Shown one piece after another: positions 55,926-64,000 of a stretch of 64,000 bases of DNA (its first letter is position 1; each line of letters starts with the position of its first letter). Source of the stretch: a virus (taxonomy: Duplodnaviria; Caudoviricetes). Location of the stretch: positions 128,001 to 192,000 of the IMG/VR virus record IMGVR_UViG_3300017565_000002; one strand, written 5' to 3'. Below the pieces are notes generated by a model that had not been told where the DNA came from, searched no databases, and worked only from the letters and a program-made list of their open reading frames with translations. Both the position numbers and the translations under genes were made by a program.

Positions 55926-56005
55926 TTTGATTATAAAATCGATACTTCTTACACTAAAAGACATACCATAAACGGTATCCTAACGAGAGAGGTGAGTAAA
56001 CCCCT

Positions 56006-57055
56006 ATGCCAATGTCAGAAAAGAATCCGACGAAGTTCACAGGTTCTCTTTCTAACTTCTCCGACAATGAAGATGGCTTTGCTATGCTACATCCGGGCAA
56101 ACAGCTATCTTCTACGGACTCTTCAAATACAGAAGGGAACATGTATCATCTGACGAAATTCAACCGGTTTAATCTACCGGAAGGTTTCCTATTCATGGGT
56201 GGGTTACGAGGATATATCTTCATGACCAGACCAGATTTAAATATTTATAATCAAGATAATCTATTAAGTCTTAAACTGGGGGAACAAAGTGCCTCCAAGC
56301 TTGCATTACGGGAATTGATCACCAATGGTACAGTGATTGATAAGGAAACAATGTCCATGCTACAAAAGGATACCGGGTTTCCGTCCGCTTATATGCCCGT
56401 ATTCACAAATCTTTGTTCTGGATTCTCACCCGAGGATCAAACGCTTGATGTATTGGAAAAAGGAGAAACCCACCATGGCGCTAAGGTGAAATACGGGAAA
56501 CATGCGATCCATTCAAGATCGGCGGGTTCGTTTACCCTAAATTTCTCCGATAGCAAGTTTCTACCTATATATAAGGCATTAGCTGTATGGACAGATTATA
56601 TCGAAATGGTATTCATGGGAGATATGGCCCCGAAGGAATACTATCTCAAACAGGGCATATTGGATTATGCAGTGTCTATGTATTATATCGTCACAAAGGC
56701 GGATGCAGCGGAAATTGTCTATTGGGACAAGAAGGTTGGCGTCTTTCCCAAGACACGCCCAGATAGTGCATTTGCCACAACTAAAGATGCACTCACCCAT
56801 CCTGAATACAGTGTCACATTCGAATACTCGATTCAGTCTAAGGGTGGTGTGTTAGATCCAATGATTTTATCCGAGATGAATACCTTGGCCGGATATACGA
56901 AGCTTGACCGAAATACATCGGCAGGTACAATCCTAAAAGATCAAAACACCTATTTCCCAACGTATGATCATGTCAATAATCGTATTGGTTCCCCATTGGT
57001 AAACGGCCCTAAAATCGAATATGTAAAAGGCCGCTTCTATCTCAGATGGATTTAA
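56006..57055 (+). CDS. Tail-tube-like/baseplate tube initiator protein
   Basis: YIFMTRPDLN, GSFTLNFSD, DYAVSMYYIV, VGVFPK pattern of tube-fold proteins; precedes the wedge gene. Confidence 0.6.
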   Translation: MPMSEKNPTKFTGSLSNFSDNEDGFAMLHPGKQLSSTDSSNTEGNMYHLTKFNRFNLPEGFLFMGGLRGYIFMTRPDLNIYNQDNLLSLKLGEQSASKLALRELITNGTVIDKETMSMLQKDTGFPSAYMPVFTNLCSGFSPEDQTLDVLEKGETHHGAKVKYGKHAIHSRSAGSFTLNFSDSKFLPIYKALAVWTDYIEMVFMGDMAPKEYYLKQGILDYAVSMYYIVTKADAAEIVYWDKKVGVFPKTRPDSAFATTKDALTHPEYSVTFEYSIQSKGGVLDPMILSEMNTLAGYTKLDRNTSAGTILKDQNTYFPTYDHVNNRIGSPLVNGPKIEYVKGRFYLRWI

Positions 57056-57074
57056 AGAAGGAGGAGTAAGGTAT

Positions 57075-59729
57075 ATGATTATCAAAACAGACTTGGTTGA
57101 AAAGGTTATCAACGAGATTGCACCGAAGTTTTTTGACGCGGACGAATACTCGGAGATTACAAAATCTCGTACAGGTCTTTTCGGAGTAATATCCGAGACG
57201 ATGGGTACGATATTTGAGAATTCCACCATTAATAATGCAATAAAGTCCAGAGAACGTTTAACGATAACAGCATCTCGTGAAACACTGATCCAAGAAGCTG
57301 CGTCTTATCCGGAATTGACGATTCCTCATGCGATGCCTTCTAAGATTAATTTGTTTATCGGTATACCAACCAACTACCTGAAGTCTAATTTCATGGTGAA
57401 CCTGTCTGCAATTGAGTTTATACTAGAATCTGATACGGTGATCTCAATCTCGGATGTAAAGTTCCTGTTGGATTACGACATAAAGGTGATTGGTCGGTTG
57501 ATCAATGGTAAGTTTAGTTATAGTGCACAGTATATTCTGACCAAAGAGAACCCACTTAATCCAAACGTGAATCCGTACCTTATCACTTCTCCTCGGTTGA
57601 TCAATAACGAGGAGTATATCATGATAAATGTAGCGGTAACACAACTCGAAAAGAGTTATCAATACTACAATATCATCGAGACAGATTCAGTAATGTTGGA
57701 TGGCATTGATTTCAAGTATACCGGACAGTTGGCCTACTTCAACGTTTTCTATAAAGAGACGGGTACTTCCCAGTATATACTGATTGATAAAGTCGATTAC
57801 TTCTCCAAGCTTGATCCGGGTGGAAGATATGTCCGATTCAACGATGCAACAGACGGGGTACTCAGACTTCATATTCCGAATACCTTTGGATTTACCTTTA
57901 ACTCCGAACTTCGGTTGGATATCTATACGACAAATGGAGCAAAAGGAAATTTCACTTATCGGACAGGTGATGTGTTAATCCTCCCTGTATCTTACGAGGA
58001 CCAGCATGATTATACCGGTTCATATTTCTACCCGATTGTGGTGTCCGATGCAACCGGAGGTTCTGATCTTCTGACGACGGATCAGATTCGGAATATGGTT
58101 ATCAACTATAAGTCTACACTTCGAAGTGTAGATACCGAACAGGACTTGAATAACTTCTTTACCGAGACAGATAAAATCGATAACATGGTGTTCATCAAGA
58201 AACGAATCGACGTCTTCGAGAAGCAATATACAGCATTCATGATCATGCGGGATGAGAATTCCAATATCATTCCGACCAACTCGCTCAATATGCATTTGAC
58301 CGAAGATGATATCGACGTCTATTATGTACAGACGAAACGACGGGTGATCAAACCTAATGCCGCATACTCACTAAAGGCCGGGGAGGAATTCTTAGTTGTA
58401 AAGAACACAACAACGCTGAACCCTGCGGTGATTCAGACATTAGAAAATGATACATCCAAGTTCCTATTCAGCTGTCCGTATCTAATTGTAATCAATGAAG
58501 ATCCGCCATCGACCTCTTTCTATTTAAATAGTGTCAATAACTCGAACATTGCACTTCTTGATTATGCGAACGAAGATGCACCTCTTCAGTTCATCATAAA
58601 CAAGATGTCGCTAACGAGAAATGCAATCATCGGCGAAGACGCATATAAAGTGGTCGTGAATTTGACGCCTGCAAGTGAACTCCCGGATGGTATCGTTGAT
58701 GCTAATGGAAATATTATTGACAACACCGCCATCAAGGTTTACGGATATGTATATTCTGACGAGACCGAAGAAACAGTTTTCGGATACTTTGACACGACAA
58801 TCACTTCCTATAATAAGACGGATAACTATTTTGTCGTTGAAGCATTGCTGGAGACGGATGATTATATCACGCTTGAAGATAAGCTGAGAATTATCAACTC
58901 GGTATATCTGAGTGGTGAATCTGTAACGTATAACCACATCACGAGTATCACAGATGTTCGGTTAGGATTCGGCGTCTATTTCAAAAGTCCAACTTTCACG
59001 GATAAGGGAGATTATGAAAATATTGTACCGGGTATGGATGACTATGGCTTAGTTAACGTCTACTCCAACCGGTTGGATCGGTCTATCCTATTAATGGATA
59101 TGAGTAAGATGGTTAACTGTGTAGTCTCGTTCATAGACGAGGGTGGCGGAGATATTTCGTTCGATCTTAAACAAATCCCACTCGTTCGCTACAGCGATCT
59201 CCGGTCCCAAATTGCTCGGATCTCGGATATTATTTACAATACAAATACCACGATAACGTCAATGCTGAAACTGATTAAGAATAACTCGTCAATTGACTAC
59301 AAGTTTTATGCAACCTACGGAAGATCCAGATACTTTACCATGGAAAATACCGCAACTCGTCTGGATCGGCTGAATATTAGTCTTAACTTTAAAGTACGTA
59401 TCCTGGCTTCTAGAAGTGATCCGACAATCGTCAATGATATCCGGGCATTGATCAAGCCACTCGTGGAAGAAATCAATACACTGGAATCAAACAAGAGTAT
59501 CTATTTCTCGAATATCATCACACAAGTTGAGAATGAGTTCAAATATGCACAAGGTCGGATACTATCTTTCGAACTTGCGAAGATTAACGATTACAGTACG
59601 TTGTATCAGTCAATCGTTAATACAACAAAACCGCTTACCTTGATGACCAAAACCGAACTTCTCGAATATGTGGCGGAATTTGTTAAGCTGGATATCGATA
59701 AGATCAATATTCAGATTATCCCAGTTTAA
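57075..59729 (+). CDS. Baseplate wedge subunit, T4 gp6/baseplate-J-like
   Basis: IYTTNGAKGNF and ATGGSDLLTTDQIR motifs, 884 aa. Confidence 0.7.
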   Translation: MIIKTDLVEKVINEIAPKFFDADEYSEITKSRTGLFGVISETMGTIFENSTINNAIKSRERLTITASRETLIQEAASYPELTIPHAMPSKINLFIGIPTNYLKSNFMVNLSAIEFILESDTVISISDVKFLLDYDIKVIGRLINGKFSYSAQYILTKENPLNPNVNPYLITSPRLINNEEYIMINVAVTQLEKSYQYYNIIETDSVMLDGIDFKYTGQLAYFNVFYKETGTSQYILIDKVDYFSKLDPGGRYVRFNDATDGVLRLHIPNTFGFTFNSELRLDIYTTNGAKGNFTYRTGDVLILPVSYEDQHDYTGSYFYPIVVSDATGGSDLLTTDQIRNMVINYKSTLRSVDTEQDLNNFFTETDKIDNMVFIKKRIDVFEKQYTAFMIMRDENSNIIPTNSLNMHLTEDDIDVYYVQTKRRVIKPNAAYSLKAGEEFLVVKNTTTLNPAVIQTLENDTSKFLFSCPYLIVINEDPPSTSFYLNSVNNSNIALLDYANEDAPLQFIINKMSLTRNAIIGEDAYKVVVNLTPASELPDGIVDANGNIIDNTAIKVYGYVYSDETEETVFGYFDTTITSYNKTDNYFVVEALLETDDYITLEDKLRIINSVYLSGESVTYNHITSITDVRLGFGVYFKSPTFTDKGDYENIVPGMDDYGLVNVYSNRLDRSILLMDMSKMVNCVVSFIDEGGGDISFDLKQIPLVRYSDLRSQIARISDIIYNTNTTITSMLKLIKNNSSIDYKFYATYGRSRYFTMENTATRLDRLNISLNFKVRILASRSDPTIVNDIRALIKPLVEEINTLESNKSIYFSNIITQVENEFKYAQGRILSFELAKINDYSTLYQSIVNTTKPLTLMTKTELLEYVAEFVKLDIDKINIQIIPV

Positions 59730-59741
59730 TTCAGTCTTCGA

Positions 59742-59753
59742 AACATCCAATTA
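59742..59753 (+). promoter_or_regulatory. Putative late promoter AACA-N6-TA
   Basis: AACA-tccaat-TA about 30 nt above the ATG. Confidence 0.6.
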
Positions 59754-59784
59754 AAAACGACTCATTCGAAAGGAGTAACACGAC

Positions 59785-61977
59785 ATGTTCGATACAGATA
59801 CGTTAAAACTGAATGAATCATTGCGTAAAGCCCATAACGCTAGGCTATTGGAGGCTCAAAGACAAAAAGAAGAGGATGACAGGAAAGTTATTAAACTCTT
59901 CGTTGAAACTTTGACCCAACAATATCAAGCGATGAGAAACCCGGCGATTGAAAGTGTCATTGACCGGTTTCAAATTATCGAGTCGGCAACCATCCATGGC
60001 GTTCGCGATACTCTTTATAGGATCTTCGAATCTGCATTGCTCATAGACGAATCCCATAAAGGATTGTATCAAGGCGTTTTCAAAAACTTATTCAACGAAA
60101 AGTTTAATGCGGTGCTCAAGGAGAATGGTGTAAACACTCTGAAAGATTTTCAGGCTCACCTGAAAAATGGTCATCCTATTCTCCAGACAATCACAGAGTC
60201 GGTAAAGTCTTTCGTTACAAATAGTGCGAATATCTATTCGGAGCTTTTGAAGACGCAATATAACCATACAACGGCGAATAGAGCGATCTTGGAAGCTTAT
60301 AAAACAATATCTGCTGATGATTCGGCAGACGACAAGAAGGAAGCACTGAATAAGTTGGGTACGACAATTATGCAAGAACTCAACACCTATGATTCCAGTA
60401 CCGAGTTGAAAATCGGCGAGCATGTAAAACAACTTCTCATCCTGTGTAATAAAGCAAACCAAGTAGGGATCACTCAAATCCTACACGTGAATAGTTACTT
60501 GGCATGTGTAGAAGGCGTGATCGGCGACCCACGTCACACGAAATATCTGCCTACGTATAAGAAACATCTCATCGCCATTCGCTCTGAAATATTGGCAATG
60601 GTGAAGGCGAAATATGCGGAATCGGTACACGATACACGGTTACAATCGATCATTAGTCGTATCAATACCATCTTGGCGACGATTGAAAAACCTGTTCAAC
60701 TGGCAGAGACATCCTTCATGGAACTGATCACCGAAGTTCATGCTGCTACCGCAGAAAACGATGATCAAAAAATCAAATTTGCCTTTGCCAAGATCAAACA
60801 GAAACTCCGGGAAGTTATTGAACTCTTCAACCCATATACCGGTCTTGAAGGATTGAGAATGGTTAACGAAATCATGATCGATAACTTCAACGCTGCGACA
60901 TACGGCGCGATTCCGTTAGTTGGGCCGTTTATCTATGTAGCAATGAGCATTACAAATTCTTCTAAAGTTTCACCAGCGATGGCAACTCAAGCTGTAAAAG
61001 AAGCCGAGACATTCTTGGCTACATTGGAGCAGCAAATCAGAAGATTGCATAAGCTTAATGATCATGCAAATGCTCGTAAACTTGAACGTCAATACAAACG
61101 GCTAGATTCCTTTATCTGCGAATATCGAGATGACACCCGGAAGAAAAGAATCAAGTTTATGAGAGAGAATGATATGCCATTGGAGGATTTGGTTGAATCT
61201 GCTATGGAGATGGCCCAGTATCTTCTGGTGTATGAAGTTACAGTTGAAGATCTGACCACCATGTTCGAAGCAGTGATTGAATCCGCTGATGATTCGGTAG
61301 AGGATCGTGAACTTCTCCTTAAGACTGTACGTTGCGAAACCTGTGGACAAGAAACAGTACAGGAATCGGATCTCGTAACGCAGTGTAATTGCATAGAAGC
61401 TGCGCTATATGAATCCATCCACTTCGGTTCACCCGAAGGATTAACCGAATCTGCTCACAAGCGTCTATTGGAAGGTCAACTTCCCTCGGAAGATGATTAT
61501 CTGGATGACGAAGAAAAAGATTTGGTTGACTCCATTGCGAATGTAAATGGTAAAGGGCGAGCTGTAGATATCATCAAGACAAAGGTTATTGCCGTTATCG
61601 AATCCGAGGAAGAACGGGCTCGTAAACGCGAACAAGAGGAGCAAGACATCCTCAACCGAATGAGTCCTGATGATATTGAAAACCTGAAGAACACTATGAA
61701 CGAAAATGCGGGTTCTCCGATCAGCATTGGTAAACAGGGGTTGAACGCACCGGAATCTCTGTTCGAGGCTATCGTGATGAACCGGTCTAAGAAATACATC
61801 CAAGAATCTACGCAGAACGGTGATAAGTTTGATATCCTGGGACGTAAAGAAACCATCCAAGCAGAATCCTTGGTTCTCTTTACGATCCATGAAACTTTCA
61901 ACGTACTTGGCTTTGAGAAATATACAATGGGTAAACAAAATAAATTGATGAACGATTACTATTACGGTAAATTGTAA
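59785..61977 (+). CDS. Helical head/scaffold-like protein with many LxE-S/A sites, 730 aa
   Basis: AAAGGAG RBS, MFD start; LNES, IIESA, IFESA, ITES, LVESA, VIESA, LYES, LTESA, IQES. Confidence 0.55.
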   Translation: MFDTDTLKLNESLRKAHNARLLEAQRQKEEDDRKVIKLFVETLTQQYQAMRNPAIESVIDRFQIIESATIHGVRDTLYRIFESALLIDESHKGLYQGVFKNLFNEKFNAVLKENGVNTLKDFQAHLKNGHPILQTITESVKSFVTNSANIYSELLKTQYNHTTANRAILEAYKTISADDSADDKKEALNKLGTTIMQELNTYDSSTELKIGEHVKQLLILCNKANQVGITQILHVNSYLACVEGVIGDPRHTKYLPTYKKHLIAIRSEILAMVKAKYAESVHDTRLQSIISRINTILATIEKPVQLAETSFMELITEVHAATAENDDQKIKFAFAKIKQKLREVIELFNPYTGLEGLRMVNEIMIDNFNAATYGAIPLVGPFIYVAMSITNSSKVSPAMATQAVKEAETFLATLEQQIRRLHKLNDHANARKLERQYKRLDSFICEYRDDTRKKRIKFMRENDMPLEDLVESAMEMAQYLLVYEVTVEDLTTMFEAVIESADDSVEDRELLLKTVRCETCGQETVQESDLVTQCNCIEAALYESIHFGSPEGLTESAHKRLLEGQLPSEDDYLDDEEKDLVDSIANVNGKGRAVDIIKTKVIAVIESEEERARKREQEEQDILNRMSPDDIENLKNTMNENAGSPISIGKQGLNAPESLFEAIVMNRSKKYIQESTQNGDKFDILGRKETIQAESLVLFTIHETFNVLGFEKYTMGKQNKLMNDYYYGKL

Positions 61978-61986
61978 CAAAAAGAT

Positions 61987-62008
61987 CCGGTAGCCGTTTG
62001 GCTACCGG
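61987..62008. terminator. Hairpin between convergent genes
   Basis: CCGGTAGCC / GGCTACCGG. Confidence 0.65.
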
Positions 62009-62024
62009 GTTTACTGTATTTTTT

Positions 62025-62597
62025 CTAGGAGACGGCATAGGCATCATGCATACCATCCAATATATTAACAACTTCGAAATATGTTTTTGCAGCAGTGATC
62101 GTGTCATGGATGGGATTATGTTTCACCAAGTTATTGCAGTTGGTGAACTTAAACCTATCGAGATCAGGGTCAAAGTCTGCACACGCAAGCACTGTGCCGA
62201 GATCTATGATAGGGTATGGACCCAACCATTCTCTCTCTTTCAGATTATCCAATACGCACTTAGTGAAGAATCCACTTTCACATGGGTATTGAAAATCAGC
62301 GAGAATAATAGATGATTCCCGATACTGCATATAAAGCGTCCAGAACGCATCGCGCATCTCTTTTCGCGTATTAAATTTTACAAAATCACCACGAAATTGT
62401 TCGGAGATAGGAGGGACGATGTTTGCATTACACCACGGGGATACGACTCGATCAAGCTCGGCAAATCCTCCGACGGTTCTAACGATTTCCTTTGTTCCCA
62501 TGTCCCAGACGGAAACTCCCCATGCAAATGTATCACCATATAAGTCGTCAGTTTCTACGTCTATTGAAAATAAGTGAGTTTTGTTTTTTGAAAACAT
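62025..62597 (-). CDS. DEDDh 3'-5' exonuclease
   Basis: FSIDVETD (ExoI), ADF (ExoII), HNPIHD (ExoIII with His). Confidence 0.8.
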   Translation of the reverse strand: MFSKNKTHLFSIDVETDDLYGDTFAWGVSVWDMGTKEIVRTVGGFAELDRVVSPWCNANIVPPISEQFRGDFVKFNTRKEMRDAFWTLYMQYRESSIILADFQYPCESGFFTKCVLDNLKEREWLGPYPIIDLGTVLACADFDPDLDRFKFTNCNNLVKHNPIHDTITAAKTYFEVVNILDGMHDAYAVS

Positions 62598-62613
62598 CCT
62601 ATTTCCACCTTTC

Positions 62614-63000
62614 TTATATTCTCCATCGTTCTACATAATAGAATGCGTACGGCGTCTCTACCGCCTTCAACGACCGTTCCAAATGGAAGAATAACTCCGA
62701 GTCAGCATTTCCAATGATGCGCATAGCTTGGTCGCGATCGATACGCAGGTCTTCTTTAAGCATATCCTCATCTAGCGTTGCTGCATAGGTTGAGAAGCTA
62801 CGTAGTATAATAGATTTGAGTTCATCTGCATCAACCGAGGAGTCCGTGAGTTGAATATAGATGTGGGAGTCACAATCTGGCGATTCTTCAATTTGCATAC
62901 GGTGTGGTTCTTGGCCCACCGCATCTTTGATAATATCGTTGAGTGATACATTATACAGGATAAGCTCCCTCAATGCGATTTGCGTTTCAATTGTTGTCAT
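62614..63000 (-). CDS. Hypothetical protein, 128 aa
   Basis: AGGGAGG RBS, coupled to neighbours. Confidence 0.7.
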   Translation of the reverse strand: MTTIETQIALRELILYNVSLNDIIKDAVGQEPHRMQIEESPDCDSHIYIQLTDSSVDADELKSIILRSFSTYAATLDEDMLKEDLRIDRDQAMRIIGNADSELFFHLERSLKAVETPYAFYYVERWRI

Positions 63001-63812
63001 GTATGATTATCCTCCCTTTTTTTCTCTTCCTCGTAGATTCGATCTACGATATATTTTGCGATTTCTTGTGGGGTTCTAAGATCTCCATTTTCATCTTCTG
63101 TATCTACAGACATCCAGCCGAACTTCTCCGTGAAATGTGCCATGGAAGCACTGACCTCTGACAAGAAGTACTCGGTTTCGTGGATGTCTAACTTATCTCT
63201 GGACTTTTGCATATTAGATATGCATCTAGCCACAGATGTATTCAAGACGATGACATAATCAGGTCTAGGTATACGAAAGATTGTATATTCAATAAAAGTA
63301 ATGAACTTTGAAATCCGATTTTTCTTACTATAAGTATCTGCCTTCACTGCTTGATAGTAGATACTACTCGTCGTATAGCGGTCAAATATCATGTAATCGT
63401 ATTTATGATAGTCAATCTTCAATTTGAACCACGCAAACAACCTGTCGATTGAATAGGTTAAAGATGAAAGGTAAGGACTGACTTTCATCGGATCTTTGCC
63501 AAATTTCCCATTTAAATACCATTTAACCAATAAAGAATGCCACTTGTCATACATGGGAAATGACCAGAAAGCAATATGGACTGGATTTTGACTCTCTTCT
63601 TGTCGAGTCAATAACTCTTGCCATAGTTTATTTGTGATGGTTTGCTTTCCACTACCATCTAGACCTTCGATTGCAATGATGATAGGTTTCTTACGTTTAT
63701 TATACGAAGCGGTACTTGCAGTAAACCATATAATCATTGGAATAAATAAAAGGATGATACATAACGCCAACCAAGTCTGCTCGTTATTAGTTAGCTGAAG
63801 CTGGATTTCCAT
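62997..63812 (-). CDS. tmk: Thymidylate (dNMP) kinase with N-terminal transmembrane helix
   Basis: IAIEGLDGSGK P-loop, SFPMY, IFDRYTTSSIYYQ, RPDYVIVL; WLALCIILLFIPMIIWF N-terminal segment. Confidence 0.9.
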   Translation of the reverse strand: MEIQLQLTNNEQTWLALCIILLFIPMIIWFTASTASYNKRKKPIIIAIEGLDGSGKQTITNKLWQELLTRQEESQNPVHIAFWSFPMYDKWHSLLVKWYLNGKFGKDPMKVSPYLSSLTYSIDRLFAWFKLKIDYHKYDYMIFDRYTTSSIYYQAVKADTYSKKNRISKFITFIEYTIFRIPRPDYVIVLNTSVARCISNMQKSRDKLDIHETEYFLSEVSASMAHFTEKFGWMSVDTEDENGDLRTPQEIAKYIVDRIYEEEKKREDNHT

Positions 63813-63823
63813 CCTATTCCCTC

Positions 63824-64000
63824 CTATATGATCGTCGACATATCCATATGTCGTACTAAACGCTTAAAGCTTTCCCGCTTTCGAATTCGGTTGTATACGT
63901 ACTTAGAAGTAAACTGATCCTGATAATATACGCAGAGTTCTACGCGGGGTAAAAACGAATATCCCTTTTCGATCTTTGCTTTATATACCAAATCGTCATC
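63824..64000 (-). CDS. C-terminal fragment of a gene entering from the right edge
   Basis: Frame open from base 64000 (DDDLVYKAKIEKG...) to TAG at 63824-63826, which overlaps the tmk RBS. Confidence 0.55.
   Translation of the reverse strand, partial: DDDLVYKAKIEKGYSFLPRVELCVYYQDQFTSKYVYNRIRKRESFKRLVRHMDMSTII

Noticed and set aside
63923-63930. Early promoter motif upstream of tmk
   Set aside because: Only the 8-mer matches and it lies inside the open frame entering from the right edge (GTA TAT TAT)

Overview
This window is part of a jumbo myophage genome of the AR9/PBS1/phiKZ-related lineage, which encodes its own multisubunit RNA polymerases. Strong AGGAGG ribosome-binding sites and one near-consensus sigma-A promoter point to a Firmicute (Bacillales-like) host. 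The left part holds replication and transcription genes: the SbcC C-terminus, an unsplit 1267-aa family-B DNA polymerase, a GroEL-like chaperonin, an AR9 gp226-like promoter-specificity subunit, a primase and an RNAP beta-prime N-half. The centre and right hold late virion genes: baseplate proteins, ten paralogous internal-head proteins with interspersed enzymes, a tube-like protein, a wedge protein and a scaffold-like protein. The standout locus is 15368-16975. There, a Nop/IS110-C-terminal-domain protein with no nuclease domain is followed directly by 13 units of 36-39 nt. Each unit has two alternating short repeats and two 8-9 nt variable segments, and a terminator closes the array. This matches the published TIGR-Tas RNA-guided architecture (nuclease-less, TasA-like). 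Other notable observations: two additional diverged gp226-like paralogs; a Gly at the position that appears equivalent to the AR9 uracil-selecting Val206; a candidate -1 frameshift joining gp26-like and gp51-like ORFs; an in-frame TAG splitting an AAA ATPase; a 17x22-aa solenoid protein; a shared MF(N/D) leader on head-cluster proteins; and a membrane-anchored dTMP kinase. All family assignments come from motif recognition by eye or recalled sequences; no searches were run.
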